Made by a program: the position numbers and the translations under genes | In this document: piece after piece, positions 16,237 through 25,685 of the stretch | How positions within the stretch are numbered: the first letter of the stretch is position 1 | Layout of the letters: each line of letters begins with the position of its first letter | Notes under the pieces: generated by a model | Databases searched by the model: none | What the model was told of the DNA's origin: nothing | Seen by the model: the letters and a program-made list of their open reading frames with translations, nothing else | Virus record (IMG/VR): IMGVR_UViG_3300020466_000002 | DNA from: an uncultured virus (IMG/VR IMGVR_UViG_3300020466_000002) | Taxonomy: Duplodnaviria > Heunggongvirae > Uroviricota > Caudoviricetes | Length of the DNA stretch: 64,000 nucleotides | Strand: one strand, 5' to 3'

Positions 16237-16754
16237 GTACAAGAAATTTAACAATGGTAGTCGATAGAGACTACGCAAGTCAAAACGATCTAGGTTTTGC
16301 TGCTAACCCTTCAGTTTATGCTGACAATAGCTATGTAAATATGTATTTACATCACGATGGTTATCCTGAATGGCAAGGTGTACAGTTAGCAAACTGGATC
16401 CATAGCAATGCTAGACAAGATGGTGCCGCGTTAGCTGCAAAGCTAGTACACGATCATTACTATGACAGTTGCTACTTATACGCAGACCATCAAAATATAG
16501 ATCACCAATATACTTATATTATATGGACAGGTGATTCTAAAGATATATGGATTAGTTGCTACGACCAATACAGTAGTAGATGTGTATTTGTATTAAAACC
16601 AGAAAAGATTATATCTAAATATATGAAACAAGATGATCCTATGGATTACACTGATTTTGCTAATGGTGCTACAAGATATACATCAAGTAAAGCTGATAAA
16701 GTAGATTTCCATAGTAAAAGATTAATAGATATACTAAATGGTATTACAGACTAA
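16233..16754 (+). CDS. conserved phage hypothetical protein
   Basis: Y.HHDGYPE..G motif common in early phage proteins. Confidence 0.65.
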   Translation: MSTRNLTMVVDRDYASQNDLGFAANPSVYADNSYVNMYLHHDGYPEWQGVQLANWIHSNARQDGAALAAKLVHDHYYDSCYLYADHQNIDHQYTYIIWTGDSKDIWISCYDQYSSRCVFVLKPEKIISKYMKQDDPMDYTDFANGATRYTSSKADKVDFHSKRLIDILNGITD

Positions 16755-16776
16755 ATACGATAACTAATGGATAATA
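16743..16776 (+). promoter_or_regulatory. promoter-like motif copy 6
   Basis: ATTACA gacta AATACGA taactaatg GATAATA. Confidence 0.8.
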
Positions 16777-17081
16777 AAGATATGATGCCAAAAGATTTTC
16801 ACAATGATAAAATGATAGATGAATTAGCTGAAAAAGTATTAGATAAACTAATACAAAAAGCTCAAAGTCCACACTGGCATCAATACAATACACCTATGAC
16901 TATAGGTGAATTAATTAAAGGACAATTGCCTTTTAAAGAAACTGAAGAAGAGTTCTTAGTATCTGAAATGGCTAGACTACATACACTAATGGGTTTGTAT
17001 GAAGGTCAAGAAGAATATATGAAGGCAGCAATAATAAAAAGAAAACTAGATATAATACAAAATAAACTTAATAACCTATGA
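16767..17081 (+). CDS. hypothetical protein with C-terminal UVR-like motif; real start probably 16782
   Basis: EEYMKAAIIKRKL resembles the UvrB/C E.YE.AA..R motif. Confidence 0.5.
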   Translation: MDNKDMMPKDFHNDKMIDELAEKVLDKLIQKAQSPHWHQYNTPMTIGELIKGQLPFKETEEEFLVSEMARLHTLMGLYEGQEEYMKAAIIKRKLDIIQNKLNNL

Positions 17082-17911
17082 CAAAAGCAATGTTAGCACA
17101 CAAGTTTGATAACAGTCGAGTTGACTGGTCAAGCCAAGAGGTGTTTATACAACCTAAACTAGACGGCGTCCGTTGTCTGTTTACAAAAGATGGTGCGTTC
17201 TCACGTAACCATAAACAATTTATGAATGTCAAGCATATTGAAATGTCTCTCGAGTCTTTTTTCGAGCAGCATCCTAATATTGTGCTTGATGGCGAATTAT
17301 ATAATCACAAATTAAAACGTGATTTCGAAAAAATTATATCATTAGTTCGTAAGCAAAAACCTACTGACACTGATAGACTAGATGCTCAGCATCTCGTACA
17401 GTTTCATTGCTATGATTATATCGATGATAGATATGATACATACAGTACTAGACGAGATCAGCTTATATGTTCTGACATATACGATGCTCAGATACAGTTT
17501 GTTCCAGCTAAACGAGTTTACAATTACAAACAAGCTAGAGAAGATCATGCCACGTTCTTAAGTGAGGGCTATGAAGGATCTATCATCAGGCTTGACGGTG
17601 TATATAAACACGGTAGGTCTTACGATCTAATGAAGTTTAAAGACTTCAGTGATTCTGAAGCAACCATCATAGGTTATGAAGTAGGTAAAGGTAAAAGGAC
17701 AGGCACATTGGGCAAGTTCATCATGCTAGATGACGAAGGTGTTAAGTTCGGTTGTCCACCCGGACGTGGATATACCTACAAGGATTTAGCAAGCATGCTC
17801 ACAAATATAGATTTGTTTATTGGCCAACGTGCTACCTTTACTTATTTTCAACGAACACAAGCAGGTTCATACAGACACCCGCTATTTAAAACTATACGAA
17901 ACTATGAGTAG
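17078..17911 (+). CDS. ATP-dependent DNA ligase
   Basis: QPKLDGVR, LDGELY, GYEGSI, LMKFK motifs, OB domain with RHP. Confidence 0.93.
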   Translation: MTKAMLAHKFDNSRVDWSSQEVFIQPKLDGVRCLFTKDGAFSRNHKQFMNVKHIEMSLESFFEQHPNIVLDGELYNHKLKRDFEKIISLVRKQKPTDTDRLDAQHLVQFHCYDYIDDRYDTYSTRRDQLICSDIYDAQIQFVPAKRVYNYKQAREDHATFLSEGYEGSIIRLDGVYKHGRSYDLMKFKDFSDSEATIIGYEVGKGKRTGTLGKFIMLDDEGVKFGCPPGRGYTYKDLASMLTNIDLFIGQRATFTYFQRTQAGSYRHPLFKTIRNYE

Positions 17912-18044
17912 ACAATTTAAACAAGAAGTATTATTCAGAGTTACAGTAGATGTAAATGGTAAGCAAGAATATGCTATACACACGCGCGACTACGATGAGC
18001 TCTGCGATAAGTTAACTGATGTAATGATAAAAGAAACTTTATGA
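17904..18044 (+). CDS. hypothetical protein, 46 aa
   Basis: MSRQFKQEV...; overlaps ligase stop and next start. Confidence 0.45.
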   Translation: MSRQFKQEVLFRVTVDVNGKQEYAIHTRDYDELCDKLTDVMIKETL

Positions 18045-18568
18045 ATATATTTTATTTAGATAAGGATCCAGTTAAAGCTGCAAAGTATCAATACAACAAG
18101 CATGTTGTTAAGATGATACTTGAATCAGCTCAGATGTTATGTACAGCTCATCATTTAATTATGGGTGACGATGCTGATGTTCCATATAAGAAGGCACATC
18201 CACATCACCCATCAACTAAGTGGGTTACTTACTCAGCTTCTAACTATGCTTGGTTATATCAACATATGTTAGCTCTTGGTGATGAGTATACAAAACGATA
18301 TGGTAAAACACATTTAACAATAACTAAATGTAAAGATAAACTGGCTAAAATTCCAGGTGGTATGTTTAACGTTGGCTTTAGTCAACCACCACAGGCTATG
18401 CCAGATATATTTAAGCGTGATTGTGCTATACACGCGTACTGGCTATACTATGTATATGACAAGAAAAATATAGCGCATAACAAAGAATCAATATATGATA
18501 CTAAATACATTAAAGATAATTTTGGTTACAGCGACGATTTATCATGCTACACCGGAACAGACGGATAG
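18041..18568 (+). CDS. pyrimidine-dimer DNA glycosylase (endonuclease V-like family)
   Basis: MNIFYLD...KHVVKMILESAQML.TAH and H.HHP..KW motifs. Confidence 0.75.
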   Translation: MNIFYLDKDPVKAAKYQYNKHVVKMILESAQMLCTAHHLIMGDDADVPYKKAHPHHPSTKWVTYSASNYAWLYQHMLALGDEYTKRYGKTHLTITKCKDKLAKIPGGMFNVGFSQPPQAMPDIFKRDCAIHAYWLYYVYDKKNIAHNKESIYDTKYIKDNFGYSDDLSCYTGTDG

Positions 18569-18848
18569 TACTCCGCATATAACGGCTAGTAATAAGATTA
18601 TAGATCTAAGTAATCCATTAAAACACAGATGGATAGCTGTATCAAGAGATTTAGAGGAATGTGGTTTGACATTTGGCGTAAAAGTCTGTGTTACCGGGGC
18701 AGGGCAACTTGACGGTGTGTGGACAGTACAAGATCGCATGAACTCAAGATGGACTAATCGTATTGACTTTTTAGTCAATGACGATTTAAAAGGTGGAAAA
18801 TGGGAGAATGTCAGAGTTGAAATAATCAACGATGACAATAGGTTATAA
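18495..18848 (+). CDS. 3D-domain (MltA-like) cell-wall hydrolase candidate
   Basis: AT.Y...QTD.TP.ITAS, IAVSRDL, VQDRM, IDF with three conserved Asp; hydrophobic N-terminus. Confidence 0.7.
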   Translation: MILNTLKIILVTATIYHATPEQTDSTPHITASNKIIDLSNPLKHRWIAVSRDLEECGLTFGVKVCVTGAGQLDGVWTVQDRMNSRWTNRIDFLVNDDLKGGKWENVRVEIINDDNRL

Positions 18849-18876
18849 GATATAATAAGTAATAGGCTAATGTCAC
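18832..18876. promoter_or_regulatory. second 45-bp inverted repeat, overlapping the HTH gene start codon
   Basis: ATGACA...AGTAATAGGCTAATGTCAC; reverse complement matches 11416-11460 at about 33 of 45 positions. Confidence 0.65.
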
Positions 18877-19484
18877 AAGACAGAAATTTAAAATGGTTAA
18901 ATGATAGGCGCATCGTATACAGGAAAGATCCTGATACTGATATACCTACTATTGAAACTAAACAATATAAATACTACGAAAATGGTACGCATCAATGTTA
19001 TCACTTGTTTAATAGCAAGGCTAAGATAACTACATACAAATCATTAAAGTGGCACATGCTTGTATTACTTTATCTTAATGAAGATATGACATGGAAATTT
19101 TTAGAATATGTTTTTAAGTTTATATCAGATAAAGAAAATGGTTTTGTTACATTTTTTATTAAGCAGAAATTATTAGATAGCATGATAAAAGATGTATTTG
19201 ACCAAGGAGGTGATCCACCTGCAAACAAGCTACGTAAAGTAGTATTTAAACCATACTCAGGTTTAGACTTGAGTGGTAAATTAAAAATTGTAGGACAATT
19301 AATAGGCAGATCAAGCATAGATAAAGAGATGATATATCAAACTATGCTAGATTTAAATGACTATGGTAAAAAAATTACTATTAGTCGTATTGCTGGTTTA
19401 CTTAATTGTTCTACAAGAACCATACATAGACACATGTGTGATACTTTAAAACAAGAAAAACAGATATTAAATGAAAAGTTATAG
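18870..19484 (+). CDS. DNA-binding protein with C-terminal helix-turn-helix
   Basis: KITISRIAGLLNCSTRTIHRHM HTH. Confidence 0.7.
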   Translation: MSQDRNLKWLNDRRIVYRKDPDTDIPTIETKQYKYYENGTHQCYHLFNSKAKITTYKSLKWHMLVLLYLNEDMTWKFLEYVFKFISDKENGFVTFFIKQKLLDSMIKDVFDQGGDPPANKLRKVVFKPYSGLDLSGKLKIVGQLIGRSSIDKEMIYQTMLDLNDYGKKITISRIAGLLNCSTRTIHRHMCDTLKQEKQILNEKL

Positions 19485-20244
19485 TATACAGAACTATATT
19501 CGTTGGAAGAAGGATATAGAACTAAAAATTAGAAAATTACCTAAAATTGTAGATAATGATTATACTGTTTGGAACAGAGATCAAATGATTATAGGTTTTA
19601 CTCCTTTAGTAGAAAATTTAGGAAGGAAGTTTTCGACTTCTCAACAAGCTAGTGGTGTAATGACTATAATGGATATAATACAAGAGGGAAATGCTGGTTT
19701 AACATTAGCAGTAGGAAAAATAGATTATCAAACGCTTAGTGAATCTGAAGATCAGGAAAAAACCATTAAGTCGTTTTTATCTAAAAGAATACGAGGTGCG
19801 ATACGTAGAGCTATTGATATTAATCGTGGTGATATGAGAATACCTGAGCATAAGTTAAACGAGATACGTAGAAACTTCGGTAAAGATAAAAAGATGGTTG
19901 AAATGTTTTTCAATTCTATATTTTTAAGTATAGATGAACCAGCTAAAAACGGAACTGAAGAAGATATGGTTTATCAAATACCCGATAAATCAGAACCATA
20001 TAACATGGAACTATTAAATGCTTATTTAGATAGTCTAATGAAGAAATATTTAGATGAAAAAGAATACGAAGTGTTAAGGTTGAGCTATGGGCTAGACTGT
20101 GATAAACATTCTGCTAAGGATATTGCTAAGGAATTAAACATAGAGGGTAATAGCTCTTATGTTAGAGTTTCACAATTAAAAAGGCAGGCTGTACAGAAGC
20201 TTATAGAAAATGTTGATCACGCGCAAGTGCTTGATTTCCTTTAA
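19471..20244 (+). CDS. phage sigma-70 family factor
   Basis: Region 2 DIIQEGNAGL..AV, RI.GAIRRAI, MRIP; region 4 VLRLSYGL...IAKEL...RVSQL. Confidence 0.88.
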   Translation: MKSYSIQNYIRWKKDIELKIRKLPKIVDNDYTVWNRDQMIIGFTPLVENLGRKFSTSQQASGVMTIMDIIQEGNAGLTLAVGKIDYQTLSESEDQEKTIKSFLSKRIRGAIRRAIDINRGDMRIPEHKLNEIRRNFGKDKKMVEMFFNSIFLSIDEPAKNGTEEDMVYQIPDKSEPYNMELLNAYLDSLMKKYLDEKEYEVLRLSYGLDCDKHSAKDIAKELNIEGNSSYVRVSQLKRQAVQKLIENVDHAQVLDFL

Positions 20245-20317
20245 TTTAGGAGTGAATATTTCATTAAATGGTGTTCACCAACGTGTAATTATAATATAGA
20301 CAATTAAATTATATTTT

Positions 20318-20830
20318 ATGACTATTAACCAAAAACTGGCTACAATCCAGACTGAGTTTAAATCGAAGAAGAGTAGGTTTAACTCCTTCGGCAAATATTA
20401 TTTCCGATCAGCCGAAGATATCTTAGAAGCAATCAAACCGTTTTTACTAAAATACGGTGTAACAGTAACTGTTAATGAAAAATTAATAGTATCTGAACCT
20501 ACACCGGTTATTAAGACAACAGCAACGATTCATGATGAGAAAGGTATGAGAATATCTACCTCAGCTATAGTCGGAGTAGACTTAATGCAAAAGGGTATGC
20601 AAACACCTCAGCAATTTGGTAGTGCATCCTCTTACGGTAAAAAATATGCTTTAGGAAATCTATTTCTAATTGATGATACTGCTGATAGCGATGCAGTAAA
20701 CGATCACAGTACTGTTTTACCTGATGTTCAGAAAGCTAAGGACTATATAAAATCAGGAGGTACATTAGATCAAATTAAAAAGAAATATAAAGTAACAAAA
20801 GACCAAGAAAAGGAATTAACAACTTTATAA
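20318..20830 (+). CDS. ERF-family ssDNA annealing protein
   Basis: N.FGKY.FRSAEDIL, GSASSYGKKYAL..LF.IDD..D.D. Confidence 0.85.
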   Translation: MTINQKLATIQTEFKSKKSRFNSFGKYYFRSAEDILEAIKPFLLKYGVTVTVNEKLIVSEPTPVIKTTATIHDEKGMRISTSAIVGVDLMQKGMQTPQQFGSASSYGKKYALGNLFLIDDTADSDAVNDHSTVLPDVQKAKDYIKSGGTLDQIKKKYKVTKDQEKELTTL

Positions 20831-21553
20831 ATGAAAAAAGAAGATATTCTAAAGAAGTTAACTAATGATGAACATTATTATGGAGACTTTGGAAAGAAAT
20901 ATTTAAGCGCTTCTGATGTGGGTGTATTATTAAAAAACCCACTTGCACTTAAACAAGAACAAAAGAAAACAGCTGCGTTTCTAGTTGGTGGATACTTTCA
21001 TACCACTATCCTAGAACCGGATAAACTGAAACGGTACAAAATTATACCTGCTACCACTAGAAACACAAAGCTGTATAAGGAGATGTCCGATGGAGAACTT
21101 TGTTTATTGCAGCATGAAGTAGATGCTATACACATGATGTCTGACAAGATGTTATCTAATGATATTTGTAAAGATTTAATACAAGGAGAATTTGAAAAAC
21201 CTATGATTACTAAAATAGGTGATTATATGTGGAAAGGTAAATGTGATGTATTAAATCATAATGAGAAGCTAGTTATTGATTTGAAGACAACAGCTGATAT
21301 AAATAAATTTAGAAACTCTGCATTTAGATATAACTATGATTCACAAGCATATGTATATAGGAAACTATTTGGATATGATATGTTATTTATAGTTATAGAT
21401 AAAACGACTCATCAAATTGGCATGTTCGATTGTTCAGATGAATTTTATGCATCTGGCAAAGACAAGGTTGAAAGAGCAATGGAAGCTTATGACTTGTTCT
21501 TTAAAACCAAGGACTTCGATCCTAAACAGTATTTCATAAGCAAAACACTTTAA
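20831..21553 (+). CDS. PD-(D/E)XK exonuclease (RecE/DUF3799-like)
   Basis: LSAS, G..FH..ILEP, KGKCD, DLKTT, Y..QAY.Y. Confidence 0.8.
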   Translation: MKKEDILKKLTNDEHYYGDFGKKYLSASDVGVLLKNPLALKQEQKKTAAFLVGGYFHTTILEPDKLKRYKIIPATTRNTKLYKEMSDGELCLLQHEVDAIHMMSDKMLSNDICKDLIQGEFEKPMITKIGDYMWKGKCDVLNHNEKLVIDLKTTADINKFRNSAFRYNYDSQAYVYRKLFGYDMLFIVIDKTTHQIGMFDCSDEFYASGKDKVERAMEAYDLFFKTKDFDPKQYFISKTL

Positions 21554-21564
21554 TATAATATAAT

Positions 21565-21732
21565 ATGGCAAGAACAAGAAAGAGAACGTGTGATGTCACT
21601 GGCATGCACACAAGTGTAAATAATTTTTACACGAATCAATCGCATGTAAAAGCTGTTGATAATTTAAGAAGACTGACGGGTGCTACAAAAACTCAGATGT
21701 CTAGAATGTTTAACCAATTAAATACTTATTAA
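21565..21732 (+). CDS. hypothetical protein, 55 aa
   Basis: MARTRKRTCDVTG...; fills the gap in operon. Confidence 0.55.
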   Translation: MARTRKRTCDVTGMHTSVNNFYTNQSHVKAVDNLRRLTGATKTQMSRMFNQLNTY

Positions 21733-21733
21733 T

Positions 21734-22048
21734 ATGGCAAGTATAATAGCTACAAGTATTAACCTTCAAGAAATACCTAAAGATAAAATTATCGAAGGTA
21801 AGAAAGGTAAATACCTACCTATTACAATTACTATTAATGATGAAGTAGATCAGTTTGGTAATCAAGGTCCTGTAGTCGTTCAACAAACGAAAGAGGAAAG
21901 AGATGCTAAAACTGCTAAAGTTTATCTTGGTAATGTAAAGGTAGTATGGACTAACGGCGACAACGTTGCTGTTGCTCCAAGAGATGGTCAGCCAACACAG
22001 GCAGCTCCGGCTCCTGCGGCTGCAGTAAAAGAAGACTTACCCTTTTAA
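21734..22048 (+). CDS. single-stranded DNA-binding protein
   Basis: 104 aa; flexible tail ending EDLPF; between exonuclease and primase-helicase. Confidence 0.7.
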   Translation: MASIIATSINLQEIPKDKIIEGKKGKYLPITITINDEVDQFGNQGPVVVQQTKEERDAKTAKVYLGNVKVVWTNGDNVAVAPRDGQPTQAAPAPAAAVKEDLPF

Positions 22049-22058
22049 ATAATTATAG

Positions 22059-23789
22059 ATGCAAGTAGAAAACAGAGAGATTAATGGATTTTTGATTGAC
22101 GAGTTCAATCAACATGATCTTGATGTGGGTAAAACACAGGGGATTTGTCCTCTGTGTTCTCACACCAGGAAACCTGAGAATAAGAAGAAAAAATGTGCTT
22201 CTTATGATTGGGAACGTGGTCTCGGTACTTGCCACAACTGTGATTCAACTTTTCAACTACACACTTACGAACGTAAGGGAGCTAGCGAACGAGAATATGT
22301 TCGTCCGAGTTTTTCTACAAAAACTCACAAAGCACCCAGTAGTAAAGTTGTAGAATGGTTTAAGTCAAGAGGAATAACTCAGGATACACTAGAAGCATTA
22401 AATGTTTCTGAGGGTCCTGAGTTTATGCCTCAAACTGGTAAGGAAGAGAATACAATTAAGTTTAATTACTTTATGGGTAATCAACTTATAAATATTAAAT
22501 ATAGAGATGGTGCTAAGAATTTTAAATTATATAAAGGCGCAGAAAAAGTATTTTATAATATTAACAGTATAGTTAATAACAATGCTTGCGTTATTGTAGA
22601 AGGAGAAATAGATGCATTATCATTACATGAGGCAGGTGTGCCTAACGTTATATCGGTACCTAATGGTGCTACGTTAAATCACAACAATTTAGATTACTTA
22701 GATAATTGTATAGATTATTTTGAGGACAAAGATAAAATAATTCTAGCAGTAGATGCTGATGAGCCTGGTCAAATGCTTAAACAAGAGTTTGTTCGTAGAC
22801 TAGGAGCTGAGAATTGTTATTTAGTAGATTTTCAAGATTGTAAAGATGCTAATGAATATCTTGTTAAGTATGGTAAGAAAGAGCTAAGAGATGCTATACA
22901 CAATGCTCATCAAGTACCATTAGAAAATGTAACAACCCTTAAAAATGTAGAAAATGATCTTAAAGACTTTGTACAACATGGTTTTAAACCCGGTTTTCAA
23001 ATTGGTCTACAAAACTTTGACGAAATATTCAGTACATACACTGGTCAGTTCATCACTGTTACTGGGATACCTAGTAGCGGTAAGTCTGATTTTGTTGATC
23101 AAATGGTTGTAGGTTATAATAAAATGTATGGTTGGAAGACTGCATTTGCTAGTCCTGAAAATCAACCGATATATTTACATGCTCATAAATTAATGAGAAA
23201 AACATGGGGAGATATGCCTTCGCCTAGTGATATAGGTGGTGGTAAATGGAAAGAAGTATCTAATCATGTAAATGATAATTACTACTTTATTGATATGGAT
23301 AAATACAGTTTAGAATCAGTACTTAGAAAAGGTGCTGAGCTAGTTAAACGTAAAGGTATTAAATGCCTTGTAATAGATCCTTATAATAAGATTAGAGATA
23401 ATAACGCAGTTTCAGATGATGTTAATAGATATACTATGGACTACCTATCTAAGATAGAGCAGTTTTGCAAAAGGTATGACGTTTTAACGTTTATAGTAGC
23501 ACATCCGACTAAAATGATGAGAGATCAAAATGGAAAAATACAAGAACCAACAATGTATAATATTAAAGGGGGAGGCGAATGGTATGACGCGTCTTATCAC
23601 GGCCTTCTGGTACACAGGGATTACGATGCGAAGAACACTAAAGTTAAAGTGCTCAAAGTTAAGTTTCAAAATCTCGGAGAAAATGGAGGTGAATCTTTTT
23701 TTACCTGGGAACCAAAGTCTGGGTCGTTTGTACCGCAGATAAATGTATTAGACAAAGAAGATGACAGCGGCCTTCCGTGGGAAAAATAA
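22059..23789 (+). CDS. bifunctional primase-helicase (T7 gp4/Twinkle-like)
   Basis: CPLC..CHNC Zn finger, TOPRIM EGEID and DAD, Walker A GIPSSGKS, IDPYN, VAHP. Confidence 0.92.
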   Translation: MQVENREINGFLIDEFNQHDLDVGKTQGICPLCSHTRKPENKKKKCASYDWERGLGTCHNCDSTFQLHTYERKGASEREYVRPSFSTKTHKAPSSKVVEWFKSRGITQDTLEALNVSEGPEFMPQTGKEENTIKFNYFMGNQLINIKYRDGAKNFKLYKGAEKVFYNINSIVNNNACVIVEGEIDALSLHEAGVPNVISVPNGATLNHNNLDYLDNCIDYFEDKDKIILAVDADEPGQMLKQEFVRRLGAENCYLVDFQDCKDANEYLVKYGKKELRDAIHNAHQVPLENVTTLKNVENDLKDFVQHGFKPGFQIGLQNFDEIFSTYTGQFITVTGIPSSGKSDFVDQMVVGYNKMYGWKTAFASPENQPIYLHAHKLMRKTWGDMPSPSDIGGGKWKEVSNHVNDNYYFIDMDKYSLESVLRKGAELVKRKGIKCLVIDPYNKIRDNNAVSDDVNRYTMDYLSKIEQFCKRYDVLTFIVAHPTKMMRDQNGKIQEPTMYNIKGGGEWYDASYHGLLVHRDYDAKNTKVKVLKVKFQNLGENGGESFFTWEPKSGSFVPQINVLDKEDDSGLPWEK

Positions 23790-24039
23790 ATACGGTATGG
23801 GCGAGTATACTCGTACAACCGAAGAAGATGAAGCTGGATACTGGTGCTTACATAATGATATATGTATAACACCAAGACAAGCTAAATGGGGAGAACGATC
23901 TTGGTACATAGATATAGAAAAAGGTAAATACCCTAATAGAAGATTATTAGGTACATCACCTAAAGCTTATGGACCAGGAACAATATGGGAGAAAGTGTCT
24001 GAATATCAATTATATTATTACAATAAATATGGAAAATAA
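23761..24039 (+). CDS. hypothetical protein
   Basis: 92 aa ORF in operon. Confidence 0.55.
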   Translation: MTAAFRGKNKYGMGEYTRTTEEDEAGYWCLHNDICITPRQAKWGERSWYIDIEKGKYPNRRLLGTSPKAYGPGTIWEKVSEYQLYYYNKYGK

Positions 24040-24673
24040 ATTTTATAACGCTAATCATGCGTACAATTACTTATGGGATCATATAATAGAAACCGGTGTT
24101 GATTTTGATAATACCAAAGCTATATTTAATTGTGGTTTTAGGATTGAAAATCCTATGGATAACCACATTACAAACGAAGATCGTAATTGGAAGCATGAGT
24201 ATGCTGAAGCCGAATGGCAGTGGTATTTATCAGGAGATAATAGTATCTCAAAACTAGGTACTATATATGGTAAGATACCACCAATATGGGTAAAAATGTC
24301 TAATCGCAAAGGTTGTGTAAATAGTAATTATGGTTGGCAATGGCAACGTGAAAATCAATTAGAGTACGTTATCAAAAAGCTAAGAAAACATAAAGAAACT
24401 AGACACGCAGCGATTAGTATATACGATTGTAAAGAGCATGACCAATACAAGAAAGATACCCCTTGTACGTATGCTGTTCAATTTACAATACTTAATGACA
24501 AACTGAATATGTCTGTCTATATGCGTTCTAATGACCTCTGGTACGGTTTCTGCAACGATCAATACTGTTTTAGTATGTTGCAAAAACTTGTTGCAGATAG
24601 GCTGTCTATGGACATCGGGTGGTATTACCACCACGCACATAACATGCATATATATAATGATAAACTTAATTAA
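24029..24673 (+). CDS. thymidylate-synthase-fold enzyme of dCMP hydroxymethylase type
   Basis: VNSNYG, PC nucleophile, MRSNDLWYGFCND with Asp at the dUMP/dCMP specificity position, HIY. Confidence 0.8.
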   Translation: MENKFYNANHAYNYLWDHIIETGVDFDNTKAIFNCGFRIENPMDNHITNEDRNWKHEYAEAEWQWYLSGDNSISKLGTIYGKIPPIWVKMSNRKGCVNSNYGWQWQRENQLEYVIKKLRKHKETRHAAISIYDCKEHDQYKKDTPCTYAVQFTILNDKLNMSVYMRSNDLWYGFCNDQYCFSMLQKLVADRLSMDIGWYYHHAHNMHIYNDKLN

Positions 24674-24679
24674 TTAATT

Positions 24680-25471
24680 ATGACTTATTATATTTATCAT
24701 ATTCCAGGTAAAAAAATCGGTGTAACGTGTGACCTTAATAACCGGGTCACAGTACAACAAGGATATGATTCAACGGAATATGAAATACTAGAAAACTCTG
24801 ATGATATAGATTATATATCATCTAAAGAGATAGAATTACAAAGAGAATATGGATACAAAGTAGATATGGTACCATATAAAAACCTTAAACCAAAAACAAG
24901 TATGAATATAAATGTAACTGAACAAACAACTACATTTCCATGTCCTATCAATAAGCTGAAAGGCCAATTGTTTGATAACATAGGTATGAAGTGGCAGACT
25001 GAACACGGTCAGCTAGATATAACACCTAGAACAATAGATTGGATAATGAAAAATGTAAAAACTTCTATGTTTAATAATGATAGAAGTTATGTATATAACA
25101 AAGCATTTGCTAGGTTTTACGACAACAATGATGTGTTTGCAAAACCAACTCCAGTTAAATGCTCTAAAAAACCATTAAAGATGTTTGAAAACATTAGACA
25201 ATGGGCTGATGAAAGAGGACTGTATGATGCAGGCGATCCTAAAACACAATTAATCAAATTACAAGAAGAAATGGGCGAGTTAGCTAAAGCTACCTTAGAA
25301 AAAGATCACGATGAAGTTGTTGATGCAATAGGTGATATGGTTGTAGTATTAACTAACCTAGCACATTTAAACAACGTGCATATAGAAACGTGTATAGCAG
25401 AAGCATACAATGTAATATCTAAACGTACAGGTAAAATGGTTAACGGAACATTTGTGAAAGATGCAGATTAA
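24680..25471 (+). CDS. MazG-like NTP pyrophosphohydrolase with GIY-YIG-like N-terminal domain
   Basis: C-terminal KLQEEMGELA...DAIGD..V.L; N-terminal YYIYH...KIGVT.DL..R. Confidence 0.7.
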   Translation: MTYYIYHIPGKKIGVTCDLNNRVTVQQGYDSTEYEILENSDDIDYISSKEIELQREYGYKVDMVPYKNLKPKTSMNINVTEQTTTFPCPINKLKGQLFDNIGMKWQTEHGQLDITPRTIDWIMKNVKTSMFNNDRSYVYNKAFARFYDNNDVFAKPTPVKCSKKPLKMFENIRQWADERGLYDAGDPKTQLIKLQEEMGELAKATLEKDHDEVVDAIGDMVVVLTNLAHLNNVHIETCIAEAYNVISKRTGKMVNGTFVKDAD

Positions 25472-25685
25472 AACAGAAGACAAGGTAGTACGATCAGTAC
25501 TAAGGAAGATGGACGAACGTAGCTTAGTTGGCCAAGCCAAGTATGGAGCTATGATGCATGAAGAAATAGAAGGTAAAGACAAAGACCTTTTAGACTTCTT
25601 AACCGATGTACAAGAAGAAATAATGGATGCTTTATTGTATATTGAAGCTGCTAAAAAATGTTTAGAAGATGAGAAGAAAATTTAG
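25461..25685 (+). CDS. small all-alpha NTP-pyrophosphohydrolase-like protein
   Basis: G.AKYG...QEE.MDA.LY motif. Confidence 0.5.
   Translation: MQIKTEDKVVRSVLRKMDERSLVGQAKYGAMMHEEIEGKDKDLLDFLTDVQEEIMDALLYIEAAKKCLEDEKKI

Noticed and set aside
11659..16776. Repeated motif as a CRISPR array or T7 promoter (TAATACGAC similarity)
   Set aside because: Copies are irregularly spaced 0.1-2 kb apart with genes between them; no cas genes and no T7-type RNAP; T7 consensus not matched beyond 9-10 nt
24029..24673. Ordinary thyA
   Set aside because: Asp at the specificity position and NSNYG motif favour a dCMP-modifying enzyme
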